NCBI GenBank assembly: GCA_963692915.1
Contig: OY843584.1
Span: forward strand, 1-64,000
Length of the DNA stretch: 64,000 nt
Direction of reading: 5' to 3'
DNA from: Cenarchaeum sp.
GTDB taxonomy: Archaea > Thermoproteota > Nitrososphaeria > Nitrososphaerales > Nitrosopumilaceae
Shown here: in pieces, positions 20,984 to 29,067 of the stretch
Numbering within the stretch: position 1 is the first letter of the stretch
Layout: each line of letters opens with the position of its first letter
Made by a program: the position numbers and the translations under genes
Notes under the pieces: model-generated
What the model was told of the DNA's origin: nothing
Database searches by the model: none
What the model saw: only the letters and a program-made list of their open reading frames with translations

Positions 20984-21400
20984 ATCGCGATCCAGATCGC
21001 AGCACATGGCAGCCTTGTAGAGTATAGCGTCGTGCTATCAAACCGCCTGCCTTGTACGAAAAGTAGTAGACCGGGCATGGGTGCTTGCCGGGCACAGATC
21101 CGGGAGACTCGTTCAGGGTTCAGAGGTGCTCAGTTTCAGGTCTGGGGGGGGGGGGGGAGAGTACCCCGCGAGTCGCGCGCCCTCACCGGGGATCCGCCCC
21201 CAATAAAGGCCAAAACGAGCCCGCATTGGCCATTCCGGGCTCCATATGCCCGCCATTGGGGTGTGTGCCTATGGCGTCTATTTGGGACTCTGCGGAATAT
21301 CAGTTTCGGAGAATATGGGGGAGATTACGGCACCGGCTAGGCGTGAGCAGGGCCCAGATTATGTCAATGTTTAAAGCAGGATTTTGCATAGAGCTGCGTG

Positions 21401-21898
21401 ATGAGCGCACAAGCTGCCTACCCTGACCCCATGCTCGCTGACAACAAAAAGACGGTGGCGTTTCTAAAGGAGTTTGCCGGCGAGGACGAGAAAAAGATCA
21501 AAGAGATCGATGAGTGGGGCGAGAAGCGCCAGAGGCGTATCGACAGGCTCTGCCACTTTGTCGGCCTCCTCGAGCAGAACAACATACTGAGGGAGGACGG
21601 CAAGGAGTTGACGAGGATTGTGCGCGAATTTGCCATCATGCAGTGCTTTGCAATCGCCACAGCCCATAATCTGGATCGCATGGAGTACAAGTTCAACGAC
21701 AGCCAGTCCGGCCCACTCTGTGCTGCGCTGCATCTTGACCTTGCAGCCGTAAAGGCAAAAGAGTCGCCCACAAGCCCCTTTGCGAATCCCGAGGACGAAA
21801 AGAGGTTCCTAGAGACAGTCAGGGGCGTGCCCCACCTAAGGCTTGGTAAAATGGCTCGACCCCTAGTGATCAAAAAGATCGACCGCATATACGGCTAG
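21401..21898 (+). CDS. Paralog family A member 4
   Basis: YPDPMLADNKKTV..QCFAIAT..YKFNDSQSGP. Confidence 0.82.
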   Translation: MSAQAAYPDPMLADNKKTVAFLKEFAGEDEKKIKEIDEWGEKRQRRIDRLCHFVGLLEQNNILREDGKELTRIVREFAIMQCFAIATAHNLDRMEYKFNDSQSGPLCAALHLDLAAVKAKESPTSPFANPEDEKRFLETVRGVPHLRLGKMARPLVIKKIDRIYG

Positions 21899-22002
21899 TG
21901 TGTGGGCGCGTCAGGCAGTTTTCGTGCCCTTTGCGACTATTGATGCCACGCTGCCAGCAGCACGACACAACTTTTTTTAGTCGGCACTGGTGTGGGCGCG
22001 TC

Positions 22003-22617
22003 ATGGACACAACGCGTCATTCACGCGAGGCCAGGGATGGCACAATTGGCGCAACTGCGATCATGATCGCTATAGTTCTCGCAATACTGGCCGTTGCGGT
22101 TCCTGCGGGGCTTGTGCGTGACACGGGAACGCTAGGCGATCTCTTTTCCATACTTGCGCTTCCAATAATGCTGGCGGTGTTTTACACCGCCCAAAGGCTG
22201 TACTCGAGGGCACGGCGAGACAGGACGCTCATCCTGCTAGAGGAGGACAAGAGGGGCAAGAAATACGTAATGGACACCATTGACCTGTGCAAGGCACTCA
22301 CACACGCCGTCATGCAATCCGGCAGGTCAGACTATGCCACTGCCAACCTGTCCGTGCTGCGCCACATTGTAGCCGACATTGGGGTGGTCATGGCGCGACA
22401 CGGACACGTATTCAGCCACGATGGCAGGCTTTCTGCCGAGAGTATTAGGGAATCCGCACTAGGCGCACTTGGGGAGGGCAGCACATGCTCATATGCCACG
22501 CTGTCTCGGATGCGCAACGAGCTTGATGTCCTCAAGGGCATGCTCCTGGACACTGACGACCATGAGCTGGAGGATCGAAGGTCTAGAGCGGCCAGCTTTG
22601 CGGATACTGCCCTCTAG
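22003..22617 (+). CDS. Paralog family B member 2 (two-TM membrane protein)
   Basis: RDGTIG, two TM helices, LYSR, RHIVADIG..ARHGHV. ATG 22003 lies downstream of a TTTTTTAG box. Confidence 0.78.
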   Translation: MDTTRHSREARDGTIGATAIMIAIVLAILAVAVPAGLVRDTGTLGDLFSILALPIMLAVFYTAQRLYSRARRDRTLILLEEDKRGKKYVMDTIDLCKALTHAVMQSGRSDYATANLSVLRHIVADIGVVMARHGHVFSHDGRLSAESIRESALGALGEGSTCSYATLSRMRNELDVLKGMLLDTDDHELEDRRSRAASFADTAL

Positions 22618-22888
22618 CGTCCGGGGCACACGAATCCCGATCATCATCCCATGGCATGTCCTGCCGCCTTTATCGTGGCGCCGCAGCTGGTCATTTTGCC
22701 TAGGTGGGGGTATGGGGGGTTGTCTCTGCGAGTCCTAGGGGGTCGGCCCCAAAGAGGCAAAAACAGGGCGTTTTGGCCCATCCCTTGGCCAGGCGAGTCA
22801 CCATGGGGCATCAGGGCACTGCTAGGCGTGAGTTTGAGGCCTAAATAATCCCTTAATTATAAATCAGGGATCGCAGCAGGGTCGCGTG

Positions 22889-23392
22889 ATGGACACACAA
22901 GTTGTATACCCTGACCCCATGCTCGCAGACAACAAAAAGACGGTAGAGTATCTAAAAGAGATTGCCGGCGATGACGAGGAGGCGATCGCCGAGGTCGAGG
23001 AGTGGGGTGTAAAGCGCCAGAAGCGAATCGCCACCCTGCGCAAGTTCGTCGCCTTTCTCGAAAAAAACGGCATACTCGAGGAGAACGGCCATCGGATGGA
23101 ATGGATCGTCGCCGAGTTCACCATAGAGCAGTGCTTTGCGATAGCCACAAGGTACGGCCTCGATGACATGGGGTACGAGTTCTATGACAGCCGGTCCGGC
23201 GCACTCACCGGCAGCATTCCTATTGACCTCCAGGCCGTCATGTCGGTGCCGGTAAACCCATCAACGGATCTCTTTGAGAGCCCCGAAAAGGCAGCAGAGT
23301 TCCTGGATGCCATCAGGGGCAAGGACGTCTTTGAGCTTGGCAAGATGGCCAAGCCCATAGTGCTCACCAGGGAACGGCGCGCACACCCATAG
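22889..23392 (+). CDS. Paralog family A member 5
   Basis: Same motifs as the other members. Confidence 0.82.
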   Translation: MDTQVVYPDPMLADNKKTVEYLKEIAGDDEEAIAEVEEWGVKRQKRIATLRKFVAFLEKNGILEENGHRMEWIVAEFTIEQCFAIATRYGLDDMGYEFYDSRSGALTGSIPIDLQAVMSVPVNPSTDLFESPEKAAEFLDAIRGKDVFELGKMAKPIVLTRERRAHP

Positions 23393-23491
23393 TGTGGGCT
23401 CTGACGTTTCTGGAACGCGCAGGATCGCACTGATGCCGCATTGTAAGCAGCACGACACAAGTTTTTTAGGCAGTCGTCGTGCGGGTGCGCC

Positions 23492-24106
23492 ATGACAGCG
23501 ACGCGCCGTCCGCGCACGCCCAGGAAGGGCACAATTGGCCAGGCTGCGAGCATGTTCGCAATGGCTTTTGCGGCACTCGCCGTTGCGGCTCCCGCAGGGC
23601 TCTTGTCTAACTTGGGAGTGCTAGGTGATATCGTTTCCATAATCGGACTGTTCGTAACGTTGGCGGTGTTTTACATCGCCCGAGGGTTGTACTCGAGAGC
23701 GGGGCACGCCAAGGAGTCAGTTCTGCGAGAAAGGGACATGAGGAGCAGGAAACACATGGTGGACACCGTTTCCCTGTGCAGCGCAACTGTGCTAGTCATC
23801 AAAAAGTCCAAAAAGTCACATCTTGTTATCGGCAATATGGTCATGATGCGCCACATCGTCACTGACCTTGGGCTGATTATGGCGCAACACGGACACGTGC
23901 TCAGCAGGAGAGGGCTGTTTCTGGCAGAGCATGCTATGACGTTAGCGCTGAAGGCATTCAAGGATGGTAGCGCGTGCTCACACACTGCGCTGTCTGTGCT
24001 GGATCGTAATCTTTTAGCACTCACGGATCATCTCCTGGGCATTGATGACGCGCAGCTGGTGAGCCGAAGGGCAAGCGAGGCCGGATTCACAGGATCTGCA
24101 TTCTAG
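23492..24106 (+). CDS. Paralog family B member 3 (two-TM membrane protein)
   Basis: RKGTIG, two TM helices, LYSR, RHIVTDLG..AQHGHV. Confidence 0.78.
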   Translation: MTATRRPRTPRKGTIGQAASMFAMAFAALAVAAPAGLLSNLGVLGDIVSIIGLFVTLAVFYIARGLYSRAGHAKESVLRERDMRSRKHMVDTVSLCSATVLVIKKSKKSHLVIGNMVMMRHIVTDLGLIMAQHGHVLSRRGLFLAEHAMTLALKAFKDGSACSHTALSVLDRNLLALTDHLLGIDDAQLVSRRASEAGFTGSAF

Positions 24107-24304
24107 CGCCTGCGGGCACACGGATCCGGATCAGCGCATCTGAACAAGCAGACTGGGACTCGTCTGCGCACAAGATGGAAGTATGGGGCATGACTGTGGG
24201 TCGTGCTGCATTGCGTGCGCTGCGTGGCACTGCGACACTACTAGGCGTGATCTGACACTCTAAATGGCACACATTTAAAGAAGGGACTGTTGGCGAGCTA
24301 CGTG

Positions 24305-24802
24305 ATGAGCGCGACAACTGTCCCCCGCAACCCCATGCTAGCCGACAACGAAAAGACGGTGGAGTTTATCAAGGGGTTTGCCGGCGGGGACGAAAAACAG
24401 ATCGCCGAGATAGAAGAGTGGGGCAAGAGGCGCCAGGGGCGCATCGACAGGCTCTGCCTCTTTGTCGGCTTCCTCGAGCAGAACAAGTTACTAAGGAAGG
24501 ACGGCAAAGAGTTGGTGGGGATTATGCGCGAATTTGCCGCCACGCAGTGCTTTGCGATCGCCACAGTCCATAATCTAGACGGCATGGAGTACAAGTTCAA
24601 CGACAGCCAGTCCGGCCCCATCTGTGCTGCCCTGCATCTTGACTTTGAGGCCGTCAAGGCGAAAAAGCCGCCCACAAGCCTCTTTGCGAATCCCGAGGAC
24701 GAGAAGAGGTTCCTAGAGACAGTCAGGGGCAAGGACAGGCGTGAGCTCGGCAGAATGGCTCGATCCCTAGTGATCAAAAAAAGATACCGCAAATACGACT
24801 AG
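24305..24802 (+). CDS. Paralog family A member 6
   Basis: Same motifs as the other members; closest to member 4. Confidence 0.82.
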   Translation: MSATTVPRNPMLADNEKTVEFIKGFAGGDEKQIAEIEEWGKRRQGRIDRLCLFVGFLEQNKLLRKDGKELVGIMREFAATQCFAIATVHNLDGMEYKFNDSQSGPICAALHLDFEAVKAKKPPTSLFANPEDEKRFLETVRGKDRRELGRMARSLVIKKRYRKYD

Positions 24803-24909
24803 TGCGCGCACGACAGCCTCTCCTCCCTGCTTGGCACTGCGATATCGCTAGGCGTGAAGAGGGTTCCAAAACACGCCAAATTTTAAATCAGGGCTTGGCA
24901 TAGTGCTGC

Positions 24910-25416
24910 ATGATGTCCACAAAAGTTACGCACCCTGATCCAATGCTCGCTGACAATGACAAGACGGTGGCATTTCTAAAGGAGATGGTCGGCGAGGACG
25001 AGGCAAAGATCGCCGTGATCGAGGAATGGGGCAAGAAGCGCCAGGTGCGCATCGAAAAGCTGCGTCGCTTTGTGGGACTACTCGAGCAGAACGACCTGCT
25101 GCGGGAGAACGGCGAGGAGCTGACGGGGATTGTGCGCGAACTTGCCGCCACGCAGTGCTTTGCGATCGCCACAAAAAATGGCCTAGTCGAGATGGGGTAC
25201 AGGTTCCGCGACAGCCGGTCCGGCCCGCTTTGTGCCGTCCTGCATCTTGATCTTGCGGCCGCCATGGCAGCGTCGACTGAGCCGTCCACGGGCCTCTTTG
25301 CGAGCCCGAAAGACGAGGCGAGGTTCATAGAGACAGTCAGGGGCAAGGACACGCGTGAGCTCGCCAGAATGGCGCGACCACTGGTGATCGAGGAGCGGTG
25401 GAGCATATATGACTAG
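24910..25416 (+). CDS. Paralog family A member 7
   Basis: Same motifs as the other members. Confidence 0.82.
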   Translation: MMSTKVTHPDPMLADNDKTVAFLKEMVGEDEAKIAVIEEWGKKRQVRIEKLRRFVGLLEQNDLLRENGEELTGIVRELAATQCFAIATKNGLVEMGYRFRDSRSGPLCAVLHLDLAAAMAASTEPSTGLFASPKDEARFIETVRGKDTRELARMARPLVIEERWSIYD

Positions 25417-25532
25417 GCGCGACTCGGCTGAATTGCGTGGCTTTCATGTGGGGCGCAGCGGGACTGATGGCCTGTTGTGCGCCTTTTTGCCTTTGATGTC
25501 CTGTGCCGTGCTGCCGTTTGCTCTAGTTTGCC

Positions 25533-26291
25533 ATGGGAGTCTCAGGGGTGAATGGTGACGTGGAGCACATTTTGCCCATAATCGCAGTGGTGCATGACAA
25601 TGTGGAGCGCATTTTGGCCATAATCGCAATGGTGCATGATAACGTGGAGCACATTTTACCCATAACTGCATTAGTATTATCCGTGTTCGCTATCATATGG
25701 GCTGTCTTGCTTAAGTTTACCCTTAAGACAAAACCTGAAAAAATTTATGCAGAGACTTCTACGAGTTTATTCAATCAATTATTTTCTCTAGTAGGAGAAA
25801 TCGACCATTGGAAGTCTAGAACATACGATACTTTGAGCTCTATGGATAATTTTGATCCCAACAAACAAGACTCATTTCCCATAGAAGAATATGATCGAAA
25901 AGCTATTGATCAAAACAATAATGAAATAATCAAACGTATTAATGTTTTATATATCCATCAAAACCTCTTTTTGCAATATGTCCCGTTGGAGCTATATATG
26001 ACGATATTGAAATATGCTGAGACCAGTTATAGATTTTTGGAACCGGTTTATAATGCTAATAAGATGTTTTGTTTCCCAAAACGCTTGGAATCTCACAGGT
26101 ACTATGCGACAGAACTGATCAAATCATTTGGTGAATATATGCCTGACAAATTCAAAGATAAATGGAATCCTGAATTTTCGAAATTTGGTGGTATTCAATT
26201 TGTGCCGACTCCTGATGTTACACCGGGTAGTGGACTTGGCTCGCTCTTACGTAAAGACTTGGACACCATGTTCCCATCACTCCGTGACTAA
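25533..26291 (+). CDS. AT-rich hypothetical protein with N-terminal 14-aa repeats and one TM helix
   Basis: 252-aa ORF in AT-rich DNA with TM segment ALVLSVFAIIWAVLL. True start may be downstream. Confidence 0.7.
   Translation: MGVSGVNGDVEHILPIIAVVHDNVERILAIIAMVHDNVEHILPITALVLSVFAIIWAVLLKFTLKTKPEKIYAETSTSLFNQLFSLVGEIDHWKSRTYDTLSSMDNFDPNKQDSFPIEEYDRKAIDQNNNEIIKRINVLYIHQNLFLQYVPLELYMTILKYAETSYRFLEPVYNANKMFCFPKRLESHRYYATELIKSFGEYMPDKFKDKWNPEFSKFGGIQFVPTPDVTPGSGLGSLLRKDLDTMFPSLRD
25560..25670 (+). repeat. 42-bp imperfect tandem repeat, ~2.6 copies
   Basis: GTGGAGC(A/G)CATTTT at 25560, 25602 and 25644. Confidence 0.9.
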
Positions 26292-26293
26292 CA

Positions 26294-26707
26294 ATGGCGG
26301 ACAAGCCCCGCCTCAAGCTCTCACGCGCACCCTGCGGCCCGATAGCTACTGCATGGGCCGCCCGCGTCGATGACTGGATTGATGACGGCTCGAGGATAGT
26401 CAGGCTCTCAATGGAGCATCGGCGCAACTATAGGGTGACTGTCTGCACAAGGTGCTCACACGAGCAGCAGGTTCGGCGCAGGTGCTCGGCCCTGACGCCC
26501 GGATGCGACAAAAAATCGTGCGCGCACATGGATCGCGCATTCTATTCAAAGCACCGCAACCTCATCATGGCGCACTTTGACTCGCACCCGCTCTCGCAGC
26601 GCCTCCGCATGAACGCCGCACTAGATGACAGTCCAGAGGATGCCACGCACGACTCGCCGCAGGCAGCCCCTGGCAAGCCAGAGGGCGCAGAGTCTGCTGC
26701 CTCCTGA
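26294..26707 (+). CDS. Hypothetical Cys/His-rich protein (possible Zn-binding)
   Basis: 137-aa ORF with CTRC, further Cys residues and HFDSH. Confidence 0.5.
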   Translation: MADKPRLKLSRAPCGPIATAWAARVDDWIDDGSRIVRLSMEHRRNYRVTVCTRCSHEQQVRRRCSALTPGCDKKSCAHMDRAFYSKHRNLIMAHFDSHPLSQRLRMNAALDDSPEDATHDSPQAAPGKPEGAESAAS

Positions 26708-26852
26708 GGGGAGAGCGGGGACCCGGTTCTATGCAAGTAAACTATCATTTGGCAAATATCCATAAATATGATGGCTGCATTATGATGATTATTCGCCATT
26801 TCACTATCATATGATAATAAACTTAATATTTACTATCATTAAATGAGCCCTC

Positions 26853-28073
26853 ATGCCTCGTGAGGACGACGCACAGACACGCCCTGTAGGCGGGACGTAC
26901 ACGCGGATCGAGGGCGGATATGCGTTCATCCCTGATCCGATGCCTCCTAGGCTTGTGCATACCGGCGATATAGATGACGATGTGATCAACGACAAGATTC
27001 AGCTGGCCATGATGGAGATCGGCAGACTCGACGTGACCAGCAGTCTCATCGGCGGCGCATTTGCGCACTTTATGCCGTACCTGGCCCGCGAGGCCGTGGC
27101 GAGCTCGATGATCGAGGGCACAAGCACGACGATCAACGACCTGTTTAGGCACAGGGTTCTCAAGGACATCAGCGACGAGGAGGCCAAGCGAATAAAGCTA
27201 AAGGAGGTTGACAATAACGCGCGTGCACTAGTGGAAACCCTTGGCGCAGTGGGCAAGACAGAGCCAATAAGCCTAGACCTCATCAAACGCGCGCATAGGA
27301 TGCTCTTTGATGGCGTGGAGACATATCCTGACAAGTTTATGCCTGGCGAGTTTAGGACAGTCCAAAACCACATAGGCGGCAAGAGCGTGACTGATGCGAC
27401 ATATGTGCCGCCTCCACCTGACATGGTGGAACCACTGATGCAAAACCTTGTTGCATATATCGAGAGTGCCAAGGGACCTGCATCATCACTAGTACGCTGC
27501 GCGGTCGCACACTATCAGTTCGAGGCCATACACCCGTTTCCTGATGGCAATGGACGGGTCGGACGAATCCTTATTCTTCTGATGATGCGCCGGTATGGAC
27601 TGCTCACCACGCCGGTCTTGAACATAAGCAGATACCTGCTTCGAAAACGCTCAACATACTATGCCATGCTGCGAGCGCCACGTGAACATGGTGGATGGGC
27701 ACGATGGATTGCGTTTTTTGTTGATGCGTGCAAGGAACAGGCTCAAACAGGGCTGTCTGGAATGCGACAACTAGACGATCTGTATCATGAATATCGTGAA
27801 CGCCTAGATCGTGTAAACAGGAGCTCCAATGCCGTGGTGGTGGTTGACGCCCTTACCGAAAACCCGTATATCACCATACCCATTATACAACGCATTACCA
27901 AACTCACACATGGTGGTGCGGCCGACCTGGTTCGTCGGCTAGTAAAGGCCAACATACTCACAAGCGTGCCGACCCACTCTAGGATTCGCCTATATGCGGC
28001 CCTCGAGATCCTTGACATCCTCAAATCCAGAGATGCTGAGGATGAGCCTGATGCCGCACGGCCTGCGGCATAG
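26853..28073 (+). CDS. Fic family protein (AMPylase) with N-terminal inhibitory helix and C-terminal HTH-like region
   Basis: Canonical HPFPDGNGRVGR motif, SSMIEG inhibitory motif, PGEFRTVQN, YVPPPP. Confidence 0.93.
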   Translation: MPREDDAQTRPVGGTYTRIEGGYAFIPDPMPPRLVHTGDIDDDVINDKIQLAMMEIGRLDVTSSLIGGAFAHFMPYLAREAVASSMIEGTSTTINDLFRHRVLKDISDEEAKRIKLKEVDNNARALVETLGAVGKTEPISLDLIKRAHRMLFDGVETYPDKFMPGEFRTVQNHIGGKSVTDATYVPPPPDMVEPLMQNLVAYIESAKGPASSLVRCAVAHYQFEAIHPFPDGNGRVGRILILLMMRRYGLLTTPVLNISRYLLRKRSTYYAMLRAPREHGGWARWIAFFVDACKEQAQTGLSGMRQLDDLYHEYRERLDRVNRSSNAVVVVDALTENPYITIPIIQRITKLTHGGAADLVRRLVKANILTSVPTHSRIRLYAALEILDILKSRDAEDEPDAARPAA

Positions 28074-28447
28074 CGCGTTGGCTTTCCGTACGCCCCTGAT
28101 CGCAGGCACATTGTGCAGAACTGACTCTGACGTGCAGGGTCGACAACCGTCTGGATGTCTCGCATTGACGGCGCAGCACACGCGCCGGTCGACCAGCGCC
28201 GCATTGTGCGCCCTCGGCTGCGATCACGCATGTCAAGATTAAAGATCAACATTGTTGGAAAACTTTGCGGGATCATGACAAAAGCAAGTGCGCCCCTTGC
28301 AAAAACGTGAAGAGATGCGCAACTGCGATCATGATCGCAGCGACAAGATCACAAACAGGTGCCACGACCGAGACGCCTATCGCATGGGATGCGGATCCGT
28401 TGGATCAGCTAGCCGGCACGCACCACCACCACCACAAGTCCCCCCGC

Positions 28448-28987
28448 ATGTCTGCTAGCACGGACTTGGAACATGACATACCGGTGAGCGCCACCGGCAC
28501 TGACACGCCGAATAGTGCAGATTCACCGCACACCGCAAATGCGCAATGCCGAATCCTCGTTGCGATTACTGGAATCATATTTGAATACAGCAAAATTGAT
28601 CTGTGTATCGAGAAATGCCTCTTGTCTGTAAGTCCGACAGATGACGGAACAAAGATCAGGAAGTATCATAACAAAGATCAGAGAAAAATTGGGAGATCTG
28701 AGAGCAAGAACAGTATTTCCAAGAGACAGCTTGGTTCGATTTACCCTGACGATCTTTATGAGCGCATTGACAAGGTTAGAAAAATCAGAAACGACCTGGC
28801 TCATTCCACCAGTGGTGTTGATGAGACCAAAACGATCGCCCACTCTAAAAAACACAAGACTTATGAGGTCATGTGCCTAGAGTGTGCGCGCGATGAAGCA
28901 GAACGTTGCGCAATAGAGTTCAAAGGCGTCATGCGGCGCTATAGGAGCCAAAACAATGTCTCCGGCAATAGGGCAAAGGGTTACTAG
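28448..28987 (+). CDS. Hypothetical protein with a HEPN-like R-x4-H motif
   Basis: RKIRNDLAHS in a helical context. Start codon uncertain. Confidence 0.55.
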   Translation: MSASTDLEHDIPVSATGTDTPNSADSPHTANAQCRILVAITGIIFEYSKIDLCIEKCLLSVSPTDDGTKIRKYHNKDQRKIGRSESKNSISKRQLGSIYPDDLYERIDKVRKIRNDLAHSTSGVDETKTIAHSKKHKTYEVMCLECARDEAERCAIEFKGVMRRYRSQNNVSGNRAKGY

Positions 28988-29067
28988 TGGCCCTGTCTGA
29001 CGCTCGAACCATTGGCAACCGCCCCAATCAGGTTAATATCAGGCATCATCAACTGGCGTGTGGTGAC

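Larger units (their letters stand above)
20130..21400 (+). repeat. Diverged duplicated intergenic/promoter block (~350 bp), about 20130-20476 and 21048-21400
   Basis: Shared GCCTTGTACGAAAAGTAGT...GGGATCCGCCC.CAATAAAGGCCAAAAC...CTAGGCGTGAGCAG...CAGGATTTTGCATAGAGCTGCGTGATG. Confidence 0.9.

Noticed and set aside
20085-21426. ORFs in the duplicated intergenic blocks (20085-20450, 20168-20416, 21032-21340, 21085-21426)
   Set aside because: Frames and lengths are not preserved between the two copies, the sequence is G-run rich, and they overlap the family A promoters.
17760-25416. Integron cassette array or diversity-generating retroelement as the source of the paralogs
   Set aside because: No integrase, attC-like palindromes, reverse transcriptase or adenine-specific template/variable repeat pair seen; the genes carry their own promoters.
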